64,000 nt of DNA. Source: Octopus vulgaris. Its lineage: Eukaryota. The position numbers were made by a program, and so were the translations under genes. Below are positions 40,136 through 53,617 of this stretch, piece after piece; the first letter of the stretch is position 1, and each line of letters begins with the position of its first letter. Location of the stretch: assembly GCA_951406725.2 (NCBI GenBank), contig OX597824.1:91698001-91762000 (forward strand), read 5' to 3'. The notes under the pieces were generated by a model, which was not told where the DNA came from, ran no database searches, and was given only the letters and a program-made list of their open reading frames with translations.

Positions 40136-40187
40136 ATCACTACTGACGAGCCTACGACGGATAAGCGAAACTACCTAGTCTAATGAT
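40136..40187 (+). ncRNA. Type-I hammerhead ribozyme motif
   Basis: atcacta CTGACGA gcctacgacggataagc GAAA cta-cc-tag TC taatgat: intact core, G-C closing stem II, GUC cleavage triplet, stem I 6 of 7 paired. Confidence 0.8.
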
Positions 40188-40380
40188 CCTAGAGACGTTT
40201 ATCCTCTAGGGTGGTTATCTCCCTTGTCAGTGTATATATGTTGCGCGCTTCTTACAGCATTATTTCTTGCAGGTTAGGTGATTCGGTACCCTCAGTCACA
40301 ATCAATGACTACATACATACATACATACATACATACATACATACATACATACATGTGCATGTATTATTACACACACACAC

Positions 40381-40456
<76 letters not shown>

Positions 40457-40484
40457 TATATATATCCATACATACATACATACA

Positions 40485-40516
<32 letters not shown>

Positions 40517-40682
40517 GATATATATATGTATATATATATATATATATATATTTATAAATCAGACGTTTTGGTATCTAGATGATCCAAAAAGTATGTAAGT
40601 TCTACGGAAAGACTGCTGTTAGATTTTCGGTTTGATAATAGTATGAGTGAGGAGCCTAACGTGGGTGGTATGTCAACGTGTA

Positions 40683-41212
40683 TAGGTTAAATAAAACGAG
40701 ACAACAAAGCCAAGGCAGTGTGGAATTTCTAGTGCATTTTATAAAGAAAATGGCAGTCTTACAGCTGTTTCAGGGATATAAAAGATATTTCACCATCAGA
40801 GACGATATCAGAGAGTTGAATAGAAGGAAATAGTAGAGTTCAATATAAGTTATTTTGAAAAGGGTGAGATATAAGGGAAAATATAAGAATAAAAATAATG
40901 ATATATGTTGGATGTTAAACTTGCTGTGCCATTATCCAAGGAATGTGTTGTGTAGTATGGGTAAAATGGTTTCTTGTCCATGGTAAGTAATTTCCGACAG
41001 GAGTTCATATTTTTTAAATATTTTCTATATTTTCCAAAATAACTTCTTATTTTAAACTCTACTATTTGCCTTTATTTAAGTCTCTCATATCGTCTCTGCT
41101 GAAGGGATATTCCTCATATCCCCGAAACAGCTGTAAAACTGCCGTTTTCTTTATAAAATGTTCTAGAAATTTCACACTACCTTGGCTTTGTGGTCTCATT
41201 TTATTTAACCTA
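40683..41212. mobile_element. Inverted doublet of Penelope pseudo-LTR-like arms, each with a hammerhead (40756-40803 minus; 41092-41139 plus)
   Basis: ~180-bp arms are diverged reverse complements; both carry gtct CTG.TG. ...atatccc. GAAA cagctg TA a.ac. Confidence 0.8.
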
Positions 41213-41923
41213 CACAAACACACACACACACAAATACACACACACATGTTTCGTTTTTATGCTAAGAAATGCTTTAACTGAGGAATATTTACATAATAGA
41301 TGTATTTCTTGTTATTTGTTACGCAAACCTGAAACGAACGCTTTAAATGATTTTACATAAAGGATGGCTGGCTAAATCGACATCGGCGAGATTTGAACTA
41401 GACGGTCGAAATACCTTCGCCTACGCACACACGCACACACGCACACACACACATATACACACGCGCGGCACGCGTAGGCACACAGACTATTAATGCACTG
41501 TCACCATCAATTTTATCAGCGGTGTTCTCTTCCATATGTTTTTAGAAATTTATTTATTATTTATGATTTTAGTAAAGTTGCTAGAATCAAAGTTTGATAA
41601 AGGTTCTTTTTTTATGATTTTGTTATGATTCAAAACAATACAAAATGATGAATTAGTACCACTATTATTTTTATATTCTAGCAAAAAGACAAACAGTGGC
41701 CATCAAATTGTTATATTTTAGAATTTAGCGTCATACGTTTATTAGATATCAAAATATCTCCCAAATGATGGAGACAAAATTCGTATAAGATTTCCATCTA
41801 TGCTCTCATAAATGTCTCCTTTTAAGGAGATAGTAAAAGAGACAGAAAACTGAAAAATATCGATAATTTTGGAAGGCGCCATATTGTATATGAAAGAACA
41901 AACTGTGTGTGTATATATACATA

Positions 41924-42306
<383 letters not shown>

Positions 42307-42337
42307 AATTCCTCTATTTACAATAATAATAATAATA

Positions 42338-42744
42338 GGCGCAGGAGTGGCTGTGTGGTAAGTAGCTTGCTAACCAACCACATGGTTCCGGGTTCAGTCC
42401 CACTGAGTGGCATCTTGGGCAAGTGTCTTCTGCTATAGCCCCGGGCCGACCAATGCCTTGTGAGTGGATTTGGTAGACGGAAACTGAAAGAAGCCTGTCG
42501 TATATATGTATATATATGTATATGTATGCATGTGTATGTGTTTGTGTGTCTGTGTTTGTCCCCCTAGCATTGCTTGACAACCGATGCTGGTGTGTTTACG
42601 TCCCCGTCACTTAGCGGTTCGGCTAAAGAGACCGATAGAATAAGTACTGTGCTTACAAAGAATAAGTCCCGGGGTCGATTTGCTCGACTAAAGGCGGTGC
42701 TCCAGCATGGCCGCAGTGAAATGACTGAAACATGTAAAAGAGTA
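42338..42744 (+). mobile_element. SINE family A, full length, in an (AAT)n site
   Basis: Near-identical to 60147-60560; (aat)n on both flanks. Confidence 0.92.
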
Positions 42745-43114
42745 AATAATAATAATAATAATAGTAATAATAATATATATATATATGCGCACACATATAC
42801 ACACAAGCGTTATTCTTATACATCTGTTTGTTTTCTACACCACCTGTCTTCGTCTTTGTTTTTTTCGTGAATTCTCCCTATATATATATATATATATATA
42901 TAGTAGAAATATGTTACAAAACGAAAATATAAAATACACGTGGAAATGTAAGGGTAAAATATGAAAAATCAACGAAAATGCACATTGTAAATAAAAAAAA
43001 AGACTTTTTATGACAGGTAATGACAAATACATTTAGATGGACTGAAGTAATAATAAAAGTCATTATTATGAGATGATTATAAGATGATAATAAAGTCAGA
43101 AAACAAAGCGAACC

Positions 43115-43758
43115 ATGGTTTCCGCAAACCTATTCATCGCTTTGAAAAAAATATATATGCATTACTCAACATTTAGGGATAGAAATAAACGGAATAGTAC
43201 CGGTCTCAGCAAACTGATTTGGGATTTAAAAGACCACAATGAACGATTTCATTTAGAATGGTTGATCCTCTCAATTTCGATACCATATGACAAAGGCAAG
43301 AAATTCTGTCTTCTCTGCAATTCTGAGCTATTTTTCATTATTTTTTCTAAAAATACTCTAGTAAACACGGTTATAGAGCGAGCATACAGATGTAAGCATT
43401 GGCAAAAACATACATTTAGTGCATATAAGTAGCCTCTATCATTATATATAGTTTAAACTTTAATTTCCTTTGTATTTAACATTCACTATTAATATCCCTA
43501 CTCTTTCTGTTAGCTACTTATGACGTTATATCATATAACGTTTTTTTAAACAATATTAATAGCGTTCTGTCTATCGCTATACAAATTCATCATTTTTTGC
43601 TAAAATATCGTATTGAAGAGTTTCGTTTTTTTCACTTTCCCGAAGAGAAGATTGCATTGTTTATACCATTTATTCTTTTGAATAGTATCAGTGGAATTTT
43701 CGAAACATGTGTCGAAAGTAAAAATATTTGTTTACACCTGCGTTAACTCCATTTTTTA

Positions 43759-43762
<4 letters not shown>
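43115..43762 (+). mobile_element. Penelope-like element 3' end: GIY-YIG C-terminus (to 43432) plus pseudo-LTR with hammerhead-like motif
   Basis: YMHYSTFRDRNKRNSTGLSKLIWDLKD...LEWLIL...YDKGKKFCLLCNSE...LVN...CKHWQK matches the Penelope T.LS..IW.LK...W.I...C.LC..E...N...C.H pattern. Confidence 0.85.
43634..43719 (+). ncRNA. Type-I hammerhead-like motif (U4>C) with long stem II
   Basis: actttc CCGAAGA gaagatt...aattttc GAAA ca-tg-tg TC gaaagt; stem I actttc/gaaagt is perfect. Confidence 0.7.
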
Positions 43763-43797
<35 letters not shown>

Positions 43798-43984
43798 GTT
43801 GTTGTTGTTGCTGTTATTATTATTATCAGTTATGACACATACATTATCAATTCTGAATGCTGCTCATCTTTTATTTATCGTTTGTCTCTTCTTTTTCTGC
43901 CCTAATTTTCTAGTTAAGATAAACATATTTTGTTTTGTTATAAGGGGCTTACATCTGCTTCTATAAATTCTCTTCCATGCTTAG

Positions 43985-44168
43985 CCTTATTTCGTCTGTC
44001 CTTACGTTCTGAATTCTGATTCCGCCGAGGTCGACTTTGCCTTTCGTCATTTCGAGGTCGATTAAATAAGTACCAGTTACGCACAGAAGTCGATGTTATC
44101 GACTTAATCCCTTTGTCTGTCCTTGTTTGTCCCCTTTTATGTTTAGTCCCCTGTGGGTAATAAAAAAA
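43985..44168 (+). mobile_element. SINE family B body
   Basis: tatttcgtctg...ccgccgaggtcgactttgcc...gtgggtaataaa. Confidence 0.85.
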
Positions 44169-44273
44169 TGAATATATCCTTGTCCAGCATGCAGCAATTT
44201 TCCCTGCTTGTATATTATTGGTGATGATATGATGTGTGTCTGTGCAACGATGTCTCAGTCCATCCATGTTTGT

Positions 44274-44324
<51 letters not shown>

Positions 44325-45461
44325 TGTGTGTGTGTGTCTGTGTGTGACTTGCGACATAATTCATTACTGTAATCATGAGCAGCGCAATAAAATTGACGGG
44401 GGATTGATTGGTTTACAATGCCGAATCGAAGTCCACTCACGGGAAATGCTTCTCGCGATAAACTACCGTCTGTCCGGCATTGTCAAATATATTTCTAAGC
44501 CGCTTCACGCAACCAAAATAGGAATTATTCACCAGTCTCTTATATATTGCAATGGTTACCGGGAAGAAATAATGACGAAGCAATAAATAATTAGTGGTTA
44601 GTGATTCAGTGTTGCACTGACCCGGTTTATGTGAACCTCTGCACGGGCTGGGGTTAGGTAATTAGCAGGAAAAGGCTCTAATTTAAGCGTGTAACTAATG
44701 TCCTTTGGAAAACCATAAGTATCACAATCACCATATATTGTTGTTTTGAAATAAAACCTCAGATGTTTGCTTTACGTAAGATGTCATTATTATTTTGCTT
44801 GAGTTCAGTAACATTCAAACACATCCAGCACTTGGGTTGAAACAGAATTATTAATTCGACAAGAAAGAAACGTGATTGGTAATTTAATAAGCAGTCTCGA
44901 ACAAAGCTTAATTTTCAGAGAACTGTTTCTAGAACAAATCGAAGTGGCAAGTTACTGTTAATCAATGAAGCCAGTGATTTCGCAATGGAGTATCGACTAT
45001 AAAAGCGGCCATTTTTATCACAAACTTCAAAACATACTGGCGAAGAAGAAGAAGGATGGGAGGATGCAGAGGTGTAAGAAAAACTAAACAAATAACAGAA
45101 AGACAAGAAAACACACTTATACACAAAAGAAAGCAGAAAACAAACGGAAAAGAGAAAAAGAGTTTCCATTGGATAATTTTCTTAGAAATTTGAAAAATGA
45201 AAATCTGTAATGACGGAGTTAATAAAATATAGTTATTTAACGTTTGGTTTAAGATTAATAATCTCATATATCGCTAATGAAAGCGTTATTTATCAAGTGA
45301 ATAAGTACAGGAAAAGTAGCCAAGATGTTAGTATTTATTATTTCTTAAACTGTATTTGGAATCCTATTCGTGGTTGAGGTACAAAGCTGATTCGCTTATT
45401 CCATTCACTCAAACATTGTGGAGTATTTCGTTCGTTTACATCGGTTGAATTGTCAGACATA

Positions 45462-45660
45462 TTGGTTTAAAATTTTGGCACCAGCCGAGTAAGTTCGGGG
45501 GAGGGGAGAGATCAGTTACATCGGCCCCAGTGCTCAACTGGTACTTATATTATCGACCCCGAAAGGATGAAAGGTGGAGTTTGAACTCAGAATGTAAAGT
45601 CGGATGAAATGCCGCTATGCATTTTGTCCGGCTTGCTAACAATTCTGTCAGATCACCGAG
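45462..45660 (-). mobile_element. SINE family B-related remnant
   Basis: caactggtactta...tcgaccccgaaaggatgaaagg...ttgaactcagaa. Confidence 0.75.
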
Positions 45661-45896
45661 TTTAAGAAACGGGCAAATATATCTGACAATCTGGTCTTTT
45701 TTATTCCCCTGCTCAATATATGTCTAAAAAGAAATGTTTTGCAAATTTCAAAAACGAGAAAACAAAAGTTATACATCTCAACAGAAAAAAAGGGACAATT
45801 TAGATAAAAAGTATTTTTCGTGATCATTCAAATAACATTTACGAAGATGTACTTGCATAGCAAGTGACCTGTTCTGAGATCGTGTGCTGAAACAAA

Positions 45897-46139
45897 AACA
45901 ATTGCAGCGTAGGTGTTTATAAGCCATTTAAGAAACACACTAAAACCGTTTGATTCACTTCATTTAATTTGCCAAAATATTTTCGTCGCTTTCAGATCGC
46001 AATTTCACTGACAAAATTCCGTGCAGCATGGAATTTTGTCGCGACGAAAATATTTTGGCAAATTAAAAGTTGAAGTGAATCTAACGGTGTTTGTCTGTTT
46101 CTTAAATGGTTTATAAACACCTTCCATGCTGCAATTGTT
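45897..46139. repeat. ~240-bp imperfect palindrome (probable inverted pseudo-LTR junction)
   Basis: aacaattgcagc...ttgccaaaatattttcgtcgc / gcgacgaaaatattttggcaa...gctgcaattgtt, centred on gacaaaattccgtgcagcatggaattttgtc. Confidence 0.85.
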
Positions 46140-48232
46140 CAAATAGCATTGCAAAGAATTGAAATGAATAAAAGGGAGAGAAAACTAGAGAGAGAGAGAG
46201 GGGAAGAAAGAGATATAGAGATAGATAGAAAGGTAGAGAACGAATGAATTTATCTGACATTGGCTACTTCTCGTGTAGGTTCAACTATGGAAGGTTTCTC
46301 CAATATATACTAAATGCAAGTATTAATTTTAAAGGCTAATGAAGGCAGCGAACAGGTAGAATCATTAACACGCTGGACGAAGTGCTTAGCGGTGTTTCGC
46401 CCGTCGTTACGGTCTGAGTTCAAATTCCGCCGAGGTCAACTTAGTCTTTGAAATTAATCCTGTCTACTATAGGTGCACTATAAGCCTGGATTTTATGGGG
46501 AGGAGACAGTCGTTTCTCCATATATCCAACAAATTTCCTGGGAGACAAAACTCCATCTTTACTTGCATATTCCTTTTAAAGTGTAACTTACAAAAAAAGT
46601 TGATGAGCGCTTGGACAACGTAGAAGATGTCAGGCCGGAAAGCTTTTATTCTGATTCACCATAAAACTCAGAGCGTAAAGACCCGGAAGAAGTACCACAG
46701 TTTTGTTCGGCGCTGTGGAAATTCTGCCAGCCAACTGCCTAAACAATAGCAAGAAAAACACCACCACCACCACCAACAACAACAACAACCTCAACAACAG
46801 GAGTCTATAAATATATAATGGTTTTGTTCGCACTTGTCCACAAAAATCTTTCTTACGTATAAAGAAAACTGAAAATTCAATTATTTTCTTGAAATATAAT
46901 TAATCTGATTCTGAATTGTTTTTATCGATTCAGACTGAATTTTAAAAATAAATAAAGAACTTGAAAATACTAAAATCGGAAAATATCATTGCATTACATA
47001 AGTCTTTTCTATTGATTTTGTTTTGCGTATTTAACTTCAGAACATTCGCAGCAAGTAGGATAGGATTATCAGTTAAGTAACCAGTAGTCTTTGGAACTAG
47101 TAGATATATTGACTGTGATAATGCTATAGTGAAGAAAACTGCTAATTAATTACTAATGAATATGTAACTTTTTCAAAAAGAAATCATAAAAGTCTACACT
47201 GTTAACAAAGTTTTTAATCATTTTTATCAAAATGTGGTTTACAATTTCTTTTCCTAATTGAGGATTTATTTAGACACAAATCTTTGCGCCTTGATTTCAA
47301 GTCCCACTGAGATCGATTTAGCCCCTCAATCCTCTGTTGCCAATAGAATATAGTACCAAGAAAGTATTGGCGTCGGTGGCATACAGAAAGAAATTTCTAG
47401 GACTTACGTTTATGCGTAACGTAGTTCAGGGCAGCTAATTGGGAGAATCGGTAGAGCGTCAAAAAACATACCTTGCCATATTTGTTACGAGTTTTTACAT
47501 TCTGAGTTGAGTTAAGATTCCATCGATAAAATAACATGCCAGCCGACCACTGGTATCACTGGGATCTAATTACCCATTCTCCTAAGAACTGGGCCAAAAT
47601 TACAAACTGTTGTTGCTTAGTAACATGTTCCATTCATCAAATAGAACTATCAGCATAGTGGTCATATGAGATGTACCAGCTGTGATTAAACTAAATATAC
47701 TTAAGGTTACATTGCCGAATGTCTCCTATGCTGTGCAAGTATCATCGTTTTGCTTAACACCACTTTGAATCACTATCCGACCGACGTATCAAAGGTGTAT
47801 GTGTCGTAACGCTTACACATTTATTTCATCGACGTGTATTTTGGACGCCATTATTCATAATGTCAATCGCATTTGTCGTTTGTACTCCTGGACTTCTGTG
47901 TAATCTATGACTTAAGTCGCCAACATTTCCCTCTTTGTTGCTTGTATCGTTGTCTATCTATGCTATCATTCTTCTTACAGATCCCGCTCTGGTGTCTTCT
48001 CTACCCCAAATCTTTAAGCATCGACCTATGATCGCATTAATTAATCTGTTCTTTGTTTTTTTCCCTCCAGATCAGCCATAATCGAGGATATCCATCACGA
48101 AAATTGTTACCGTCGTGAGTATAAAATTTTCCTTTACTCACAGAATATCAAGAAATATATTTAGAAGGAAGTTTAGGTGACTTTGAATAAATATTTAGAT
48201 GTCTAAATAAGGCTGAGAGGAATATTTAAGAA

Positions 48233-48607
48233 CTAGCAGTATCGCCCGGCGTTGCTCAGCTTTGTAAGGGAAATAACTATAAAGCATTTTTAGAGAGTTA
48301 TAGCCAAAAAATAGCAAAAAAAATGGGAAAAAAATTATGGTAAATTTTTTTTTGAGAGTTTAAAAGGGTCGAGTTGTGTCCCCTAGACAGTCTGTGGTTT
48401 GTGTTTCTGATTCTCGACCCCATGTCAAATTTATCGATTTTTTTCAGAACTGGGGAAACTTTTTAAAATTTTCGCTGCGTTAGTTTTGAATTATTACATT
48501 GGGCTATGTGTGTGTCAAGTTTCATCAGAATCGGTTGAAAGCAGTGGTCAGGGTGAGGGTACAACCTGACAGACACACAGACAAACTGCCGTTTATATAT
48601 AGAGAGA
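48233..48607 (-). mobile_element. Non-autonomous Helitron-like element
   Basis: Minus strand reads A|TCtctctatatataaac ... gagcaacgccgggcgatactgCTAG|T: canonical TC...CTAG termini at an AT site, no TSD. Confidence 0.8.
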
Positions 48608-49881
48608 TTTCTATCGATACCTTCTTTATATTCCAGTACTAACGAAATTCTCGAGTCTGCCATCTTATGAGATACGAAAGCAAGCTTTCACAGCTCGGGA
48701 ACATTCACGTGATTTCTCTATTGAACGTATCGAAACCTTTCATATGATTTCTGTATTGCACGTATCGAATGAATTCATTGCCTTAAAATCTGATAAGAAA
48801 AACGCAATCAAACGCATACGCATACGCACACGCACACACAGAGACCCAAACACGCATACACACGCATTACTATAGATATATTTAGAAGCCTCACTTTATC
48901 TCCTTTTGTTCATTATCACGTTGCCTTTGTATATCTTCACAAATAAAACAGAATGAAAACCACCCAGCTTAAAAATAAATTTTAATACGTATTTACCATT
49001 GAATCCTAGTTTACTTATAGCTATAAAGACATAAAATGTATTCATTACTTCAGATTCTACATTAGCTAACCTTGGATATAAAAAAATACACACTAAGTAT
49101 AAGATACTGGAAACTCTTTCCGTATTTGCTAACAAAAGGAAGAACGTGTACGAAGTAAGCAAACAGAGTTGATAACATCTCTGGGTTTTTTTTTAACGAA
49201 ATATCGATAAAAAAATGACAACTAACAGCAACATATAAAAATACTCAGTGTAGAAGCATATCACATCAGCAGTGAACATAAAGGAAAATAAAATATCCAA
49301 GTCATACTGGAAGGCTTTGCTAAAAGAAACAAAACAACATCATTACATTGGAAGGACATGAAAAAACTATTTCTACAGCTTCCACAAATGCAGACTTCTT
49401 TAGCCAAGAAAATGCGATTTCGGTATTAATCGGTTAAACAATCTTAGATAGATTACAAACAAAAATAGAATAATCCAAGTATTTGAATCTATGGAACAAC
49501 GATACAGCAGTCATTGTGTTGTCTAATAACATACAATGATAGCAATATCTCGTTTACTCTTGCACCTCAAAAGTCGGCGATTATTTCTCAAAAATATTCT
49601 GTGAGTCTAACGTTCCACAAATACGTTATACAATAAATTGTGTATTATCGAACCCTGTGGATGCTATTCTCGTTTTACTGAGGATTCTTGCCGTGCAAAG
49701 AAAGACTACCCCAGGGATTTTAATTTCAACATGGCAGTTTTAACGATGCTGAAATTTATTAATTATTCGCTCAGATTCCACCCAACATACTAGAAAATAC
49801 ATTTTGAGGACACTAACGAATGTCTAACACCGACGGCATACATGTAATTCAGAAGAACGTGAACGAGTAAGCCGTGAACAA

Positions 49882-49969
49882 GTGAACAGCTAATAACTGG
49901 TGAACAGCTAATAACTGGTGAACAGCTAATAACTGGTGAACAGCTAATAACTGGTAAACAGCTAATAAC
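49882..49969. repeat. 18-bp minisatellite, ~5 copies
   Basis: Unit gtgaacagctaataactg. Confidence 0.95.
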
Positions 49970-50279
49970 GCTTGAAAACGAAACATAACGGAAATAAAGT
50001 ATAAAGACTCAATATTTATGGTGAAAGTTCAAGTCTATCTGGCTTCTCATTACATTTGTACCAATCTCTACATTATAGGCTTCAAATAGGTATCATTCTT
50101 TTACCTGTTTTTTAAAAATTTTTTACGTTAATTTGATGAAGGATTCACTCATAAAGTCAGCCTAGTTGTATTTATTTTCTTCTATCCATTATGGACGAAT
50201 TTTATTGTTACTTTTCGTCTGTACATTTTATCCGTCACTTTTGTTCCGAAGTTTTCTCAAATTTGTGTAACCCCTCAGG

Positions 50280-50836
50280 TTATCCATCTGGCCAAAATTA
50301 CCAGAAGATGCTGACCAATTGGATGTTTCCACAACTAGCTGCTGAGGGCGATGACTACCTTTTCCCGCAAGGTGGCGCTCCACCGCATTGCCATATCGCT
50401 TTCAAGAGATTTCTCACTGAGCACTTGTCAAACAGATGGATTAGTCGAGCTGAAGGAGATGATCAGGTGTTCTGCAAGTGACCTGAGAGGTCACGGGACC
50501 TAACTGTTTGTGACTTCTTTCTTTGGGGTTACGTGAAGAGCACAGTTTGTGTACCACCACAACCTGCAACTCTAGATGAGCTGAAAACTTCGATCACTAA
50601 AGCAGTTCGCGTAGTAACTCCAGATATGCTGCAACGCATCCGAAAGGAACTAGACTGTCGCATCGATGTTTCCCGAGCAACCAGAGGGATGCACATTGAG
50701 TGCCTTTAATGCTACCCTTTACAATATGAAACTGAATAAAATCCTGCATCTGAAGCTACAAACTGTGAAACGTTATTACAATAAATTTACATGTTATATC
50801 TGTTTGAAAACAGGCAGTAGTTTTGTGCATACCCTG
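50280..50836 (+). pseudogene. Tc1/mariner rosa (DD41D)-like transposase 3' remnant with right TIR end
   Basis: FPQGGAPPH...RWISRAEGDDQVFCK*PERSRDLTVCDFFLWGYVKSTV...TLDELKTSI...TPDMLQ...GMHIECL*; ends tgcataccctg|ta. Confidence 0.85.
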
Positions 50837-51377
50837 TATATGACGGGTTTTTCTCACTTTCCGTCTACTAAATACATTGAAGATGTTTTGTTCGGCCAGA
50901 GGCCAGCCAAAAACACTTTCTCAATGTGCCACACAGTGGCACTGAACCCGGACCCGTGTAGTTAAAGCAAACTTTTACCACTCAGCCACCCCCGTGCCAA
51001 TAAATAACAATCTTCGATCGATATATTCTATATAATTACTTAAAATTCCTGACCAAACCGTTGGAGACCAACAAAAAACTCAGCGATGTTTATCATATGT
51101 AGCAATCAACTAAATAATATGTCTAATTCTAAATAATATATATAATTATTTCAATTTAATTTCAATATAATATAGACAGCTGCTGCCGCAAACAATGTAG
51201 GAATACCTTTTCATTTTACTATTTAACTTAACATGGGAATTCTAATCTCCTCTTATGTTTCTACAAAGCACACAAATTATTAATGATAACAAACGATTCG
51301 TCACCGAATAGGTAATCACAATCTACAGTCCATAACTTTAAAAGGACACGAATAGATGAAACACGGCACGCCACTCA

Positions 51378-51488
<111 letters not shown>

Positions 51489-51677
51489 TGTGTGTGTCTA
51501 TCTATATATGTTTATATATATTTATACAAATGTATGTATATATGTACATATATACACATGCAGTAATGTTTGCTGTTACAACAAGTTATATAGGAAAACG
51601 ATTTAACATTAAACTGAAGAATTACTCAATACTTTTCAATAGTGTACATGGCAATTGAAACTATTACAAGAATTACT

Positions 51678-51746
51678 AGTGATTTCGAAGTTTCGGCTTG
51701 CTAGCCTTCGTCAGACTGTACTGTCTGATGAAGGTAATTCGAAAAC
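51678..51746. ncRNA. Back-to-back hammerhead-like cores at an inversion junction
   Basis: Minus strand agt CTGACGA aggctagcaagcc GAAA cttcgaaa TC act; plus strand gt CTGATGA aggtaattc GAAA; ccttcgtcagac/gtctgatgaagg are inverted. Confidence 0.6.
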
Positions 51747-52205
51747 ATTCTTGATATATTCACGATACTGAAAAGAGATAGCAGAGAAAATTATAAACTA
51801 TATAATGGTCTACTGTCTTGCCATGCTGGAGGGGAGTGACCTGCTCCCTTACTCAATATATAATGGACACAGGTTGTGTGTCATTAACCAGCTGGAAAAA
51901 CGTTTTCCTGGGGTTAAAATGTGATAATATAGTTCTTTTTAGAACAGCCATGTTATAGTGGCGAAAAAATGGTTACCGTCTTGTATTGTTACTACTTATA
52001 TCTCGTTATAGATTTTAGAATTAGCTACTCTGCTCGTTACGAGATCAGTGATTGTGTGCCGCTTTTCTGTTTATATATTGTGAGTAAGGATGATTGACTG
52101 CCATCTCTAGCAGGCAGGTATCCTGTACCGATGACAGGTAAAAATATAAATGAGCATGTCTAGATATGGAGTTACATGCATGAGAATACATGCATAAAAC
52201 ATACA

Positions 52206-52514
<309 letters not shown>

Positions 52515-53054
52515 GTGTGTGAATCAAAACAGAAATTCACTTAGGGTGACTTAACAAATTGAGAAAAATAGTCGTCAATAAAATATGTAACACACAAATA
52601 CAGGAGGTGGACGAAAAACAAGTGAAACTTTTGAAGGTGATGTATATATATATATATATATAACATAACACCACACTAGGAACTGTTTGCAGTGAGATAA
52701 AACACGGATGTCATCCAGGACGTGTTTGAACGATGATGGCGACTCGCGTAAATATCACCACCAATAACGCCCATCCCATGAATATGTATTATATCTATAT
52801 ATGAATATATATAAACTTTTATCAAGATTATAATAAAACATCAGTTGTTACCACATTATCATCATTATCGTCATTATCCTTTCATGGGAATAATATCAAG
52901 TAGCTGCTTGGAATACTAACGGTTCAATAAAGGTATTATCGATGTTTGTCTCACACTGACAGCTGTATCAGATAGTGACGTGAGAAGACACGTTGTATGA
53001 ATCTATGTAGAACTGTATACACACACATATACACACACACACACACACAGACAT

Positions 53055-53087
<33 letters not shown>

Positions 53088-53250
53088 AACGCACACACAA
53101 AGACATACACACATAAACACCCACATATGTATATAGTTATGTGTAAGACCGTTAAACTAATACATCTGTTTGTTGTTTACACACCCGTCTTTGTCTTTTG
53201 TTTTATTTGTTTTTTTTTGTAAATTCCAACTATATATAAAAGTATATATA

Positions 53251-53366
<116 letters not shown>

Positions 53367-53423
53367 AATACGTACAAGTTTACAAACATATTCATACACA
53401 CTACTTCTCTATACATGAACATG

Positions 53424-53462
<39 letters not shown>

Positions 53463-53567
53463 ATAGGCAAAAGTTCATAGCTTTATCTAATGAATACTTA
53501 TGAATATATACCACATATAGATAACCATAAACATACACGCAAGTAATTACACGGATTCTCTCCCTCC

Positions 53568-53617
<50 letters not shown>

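Noticed and set aside
49882-49969. CRISPR-like array
   Set aside because: The repeats are contiguous with no spacers, the context is eukaryotic, and there are no cas genes.
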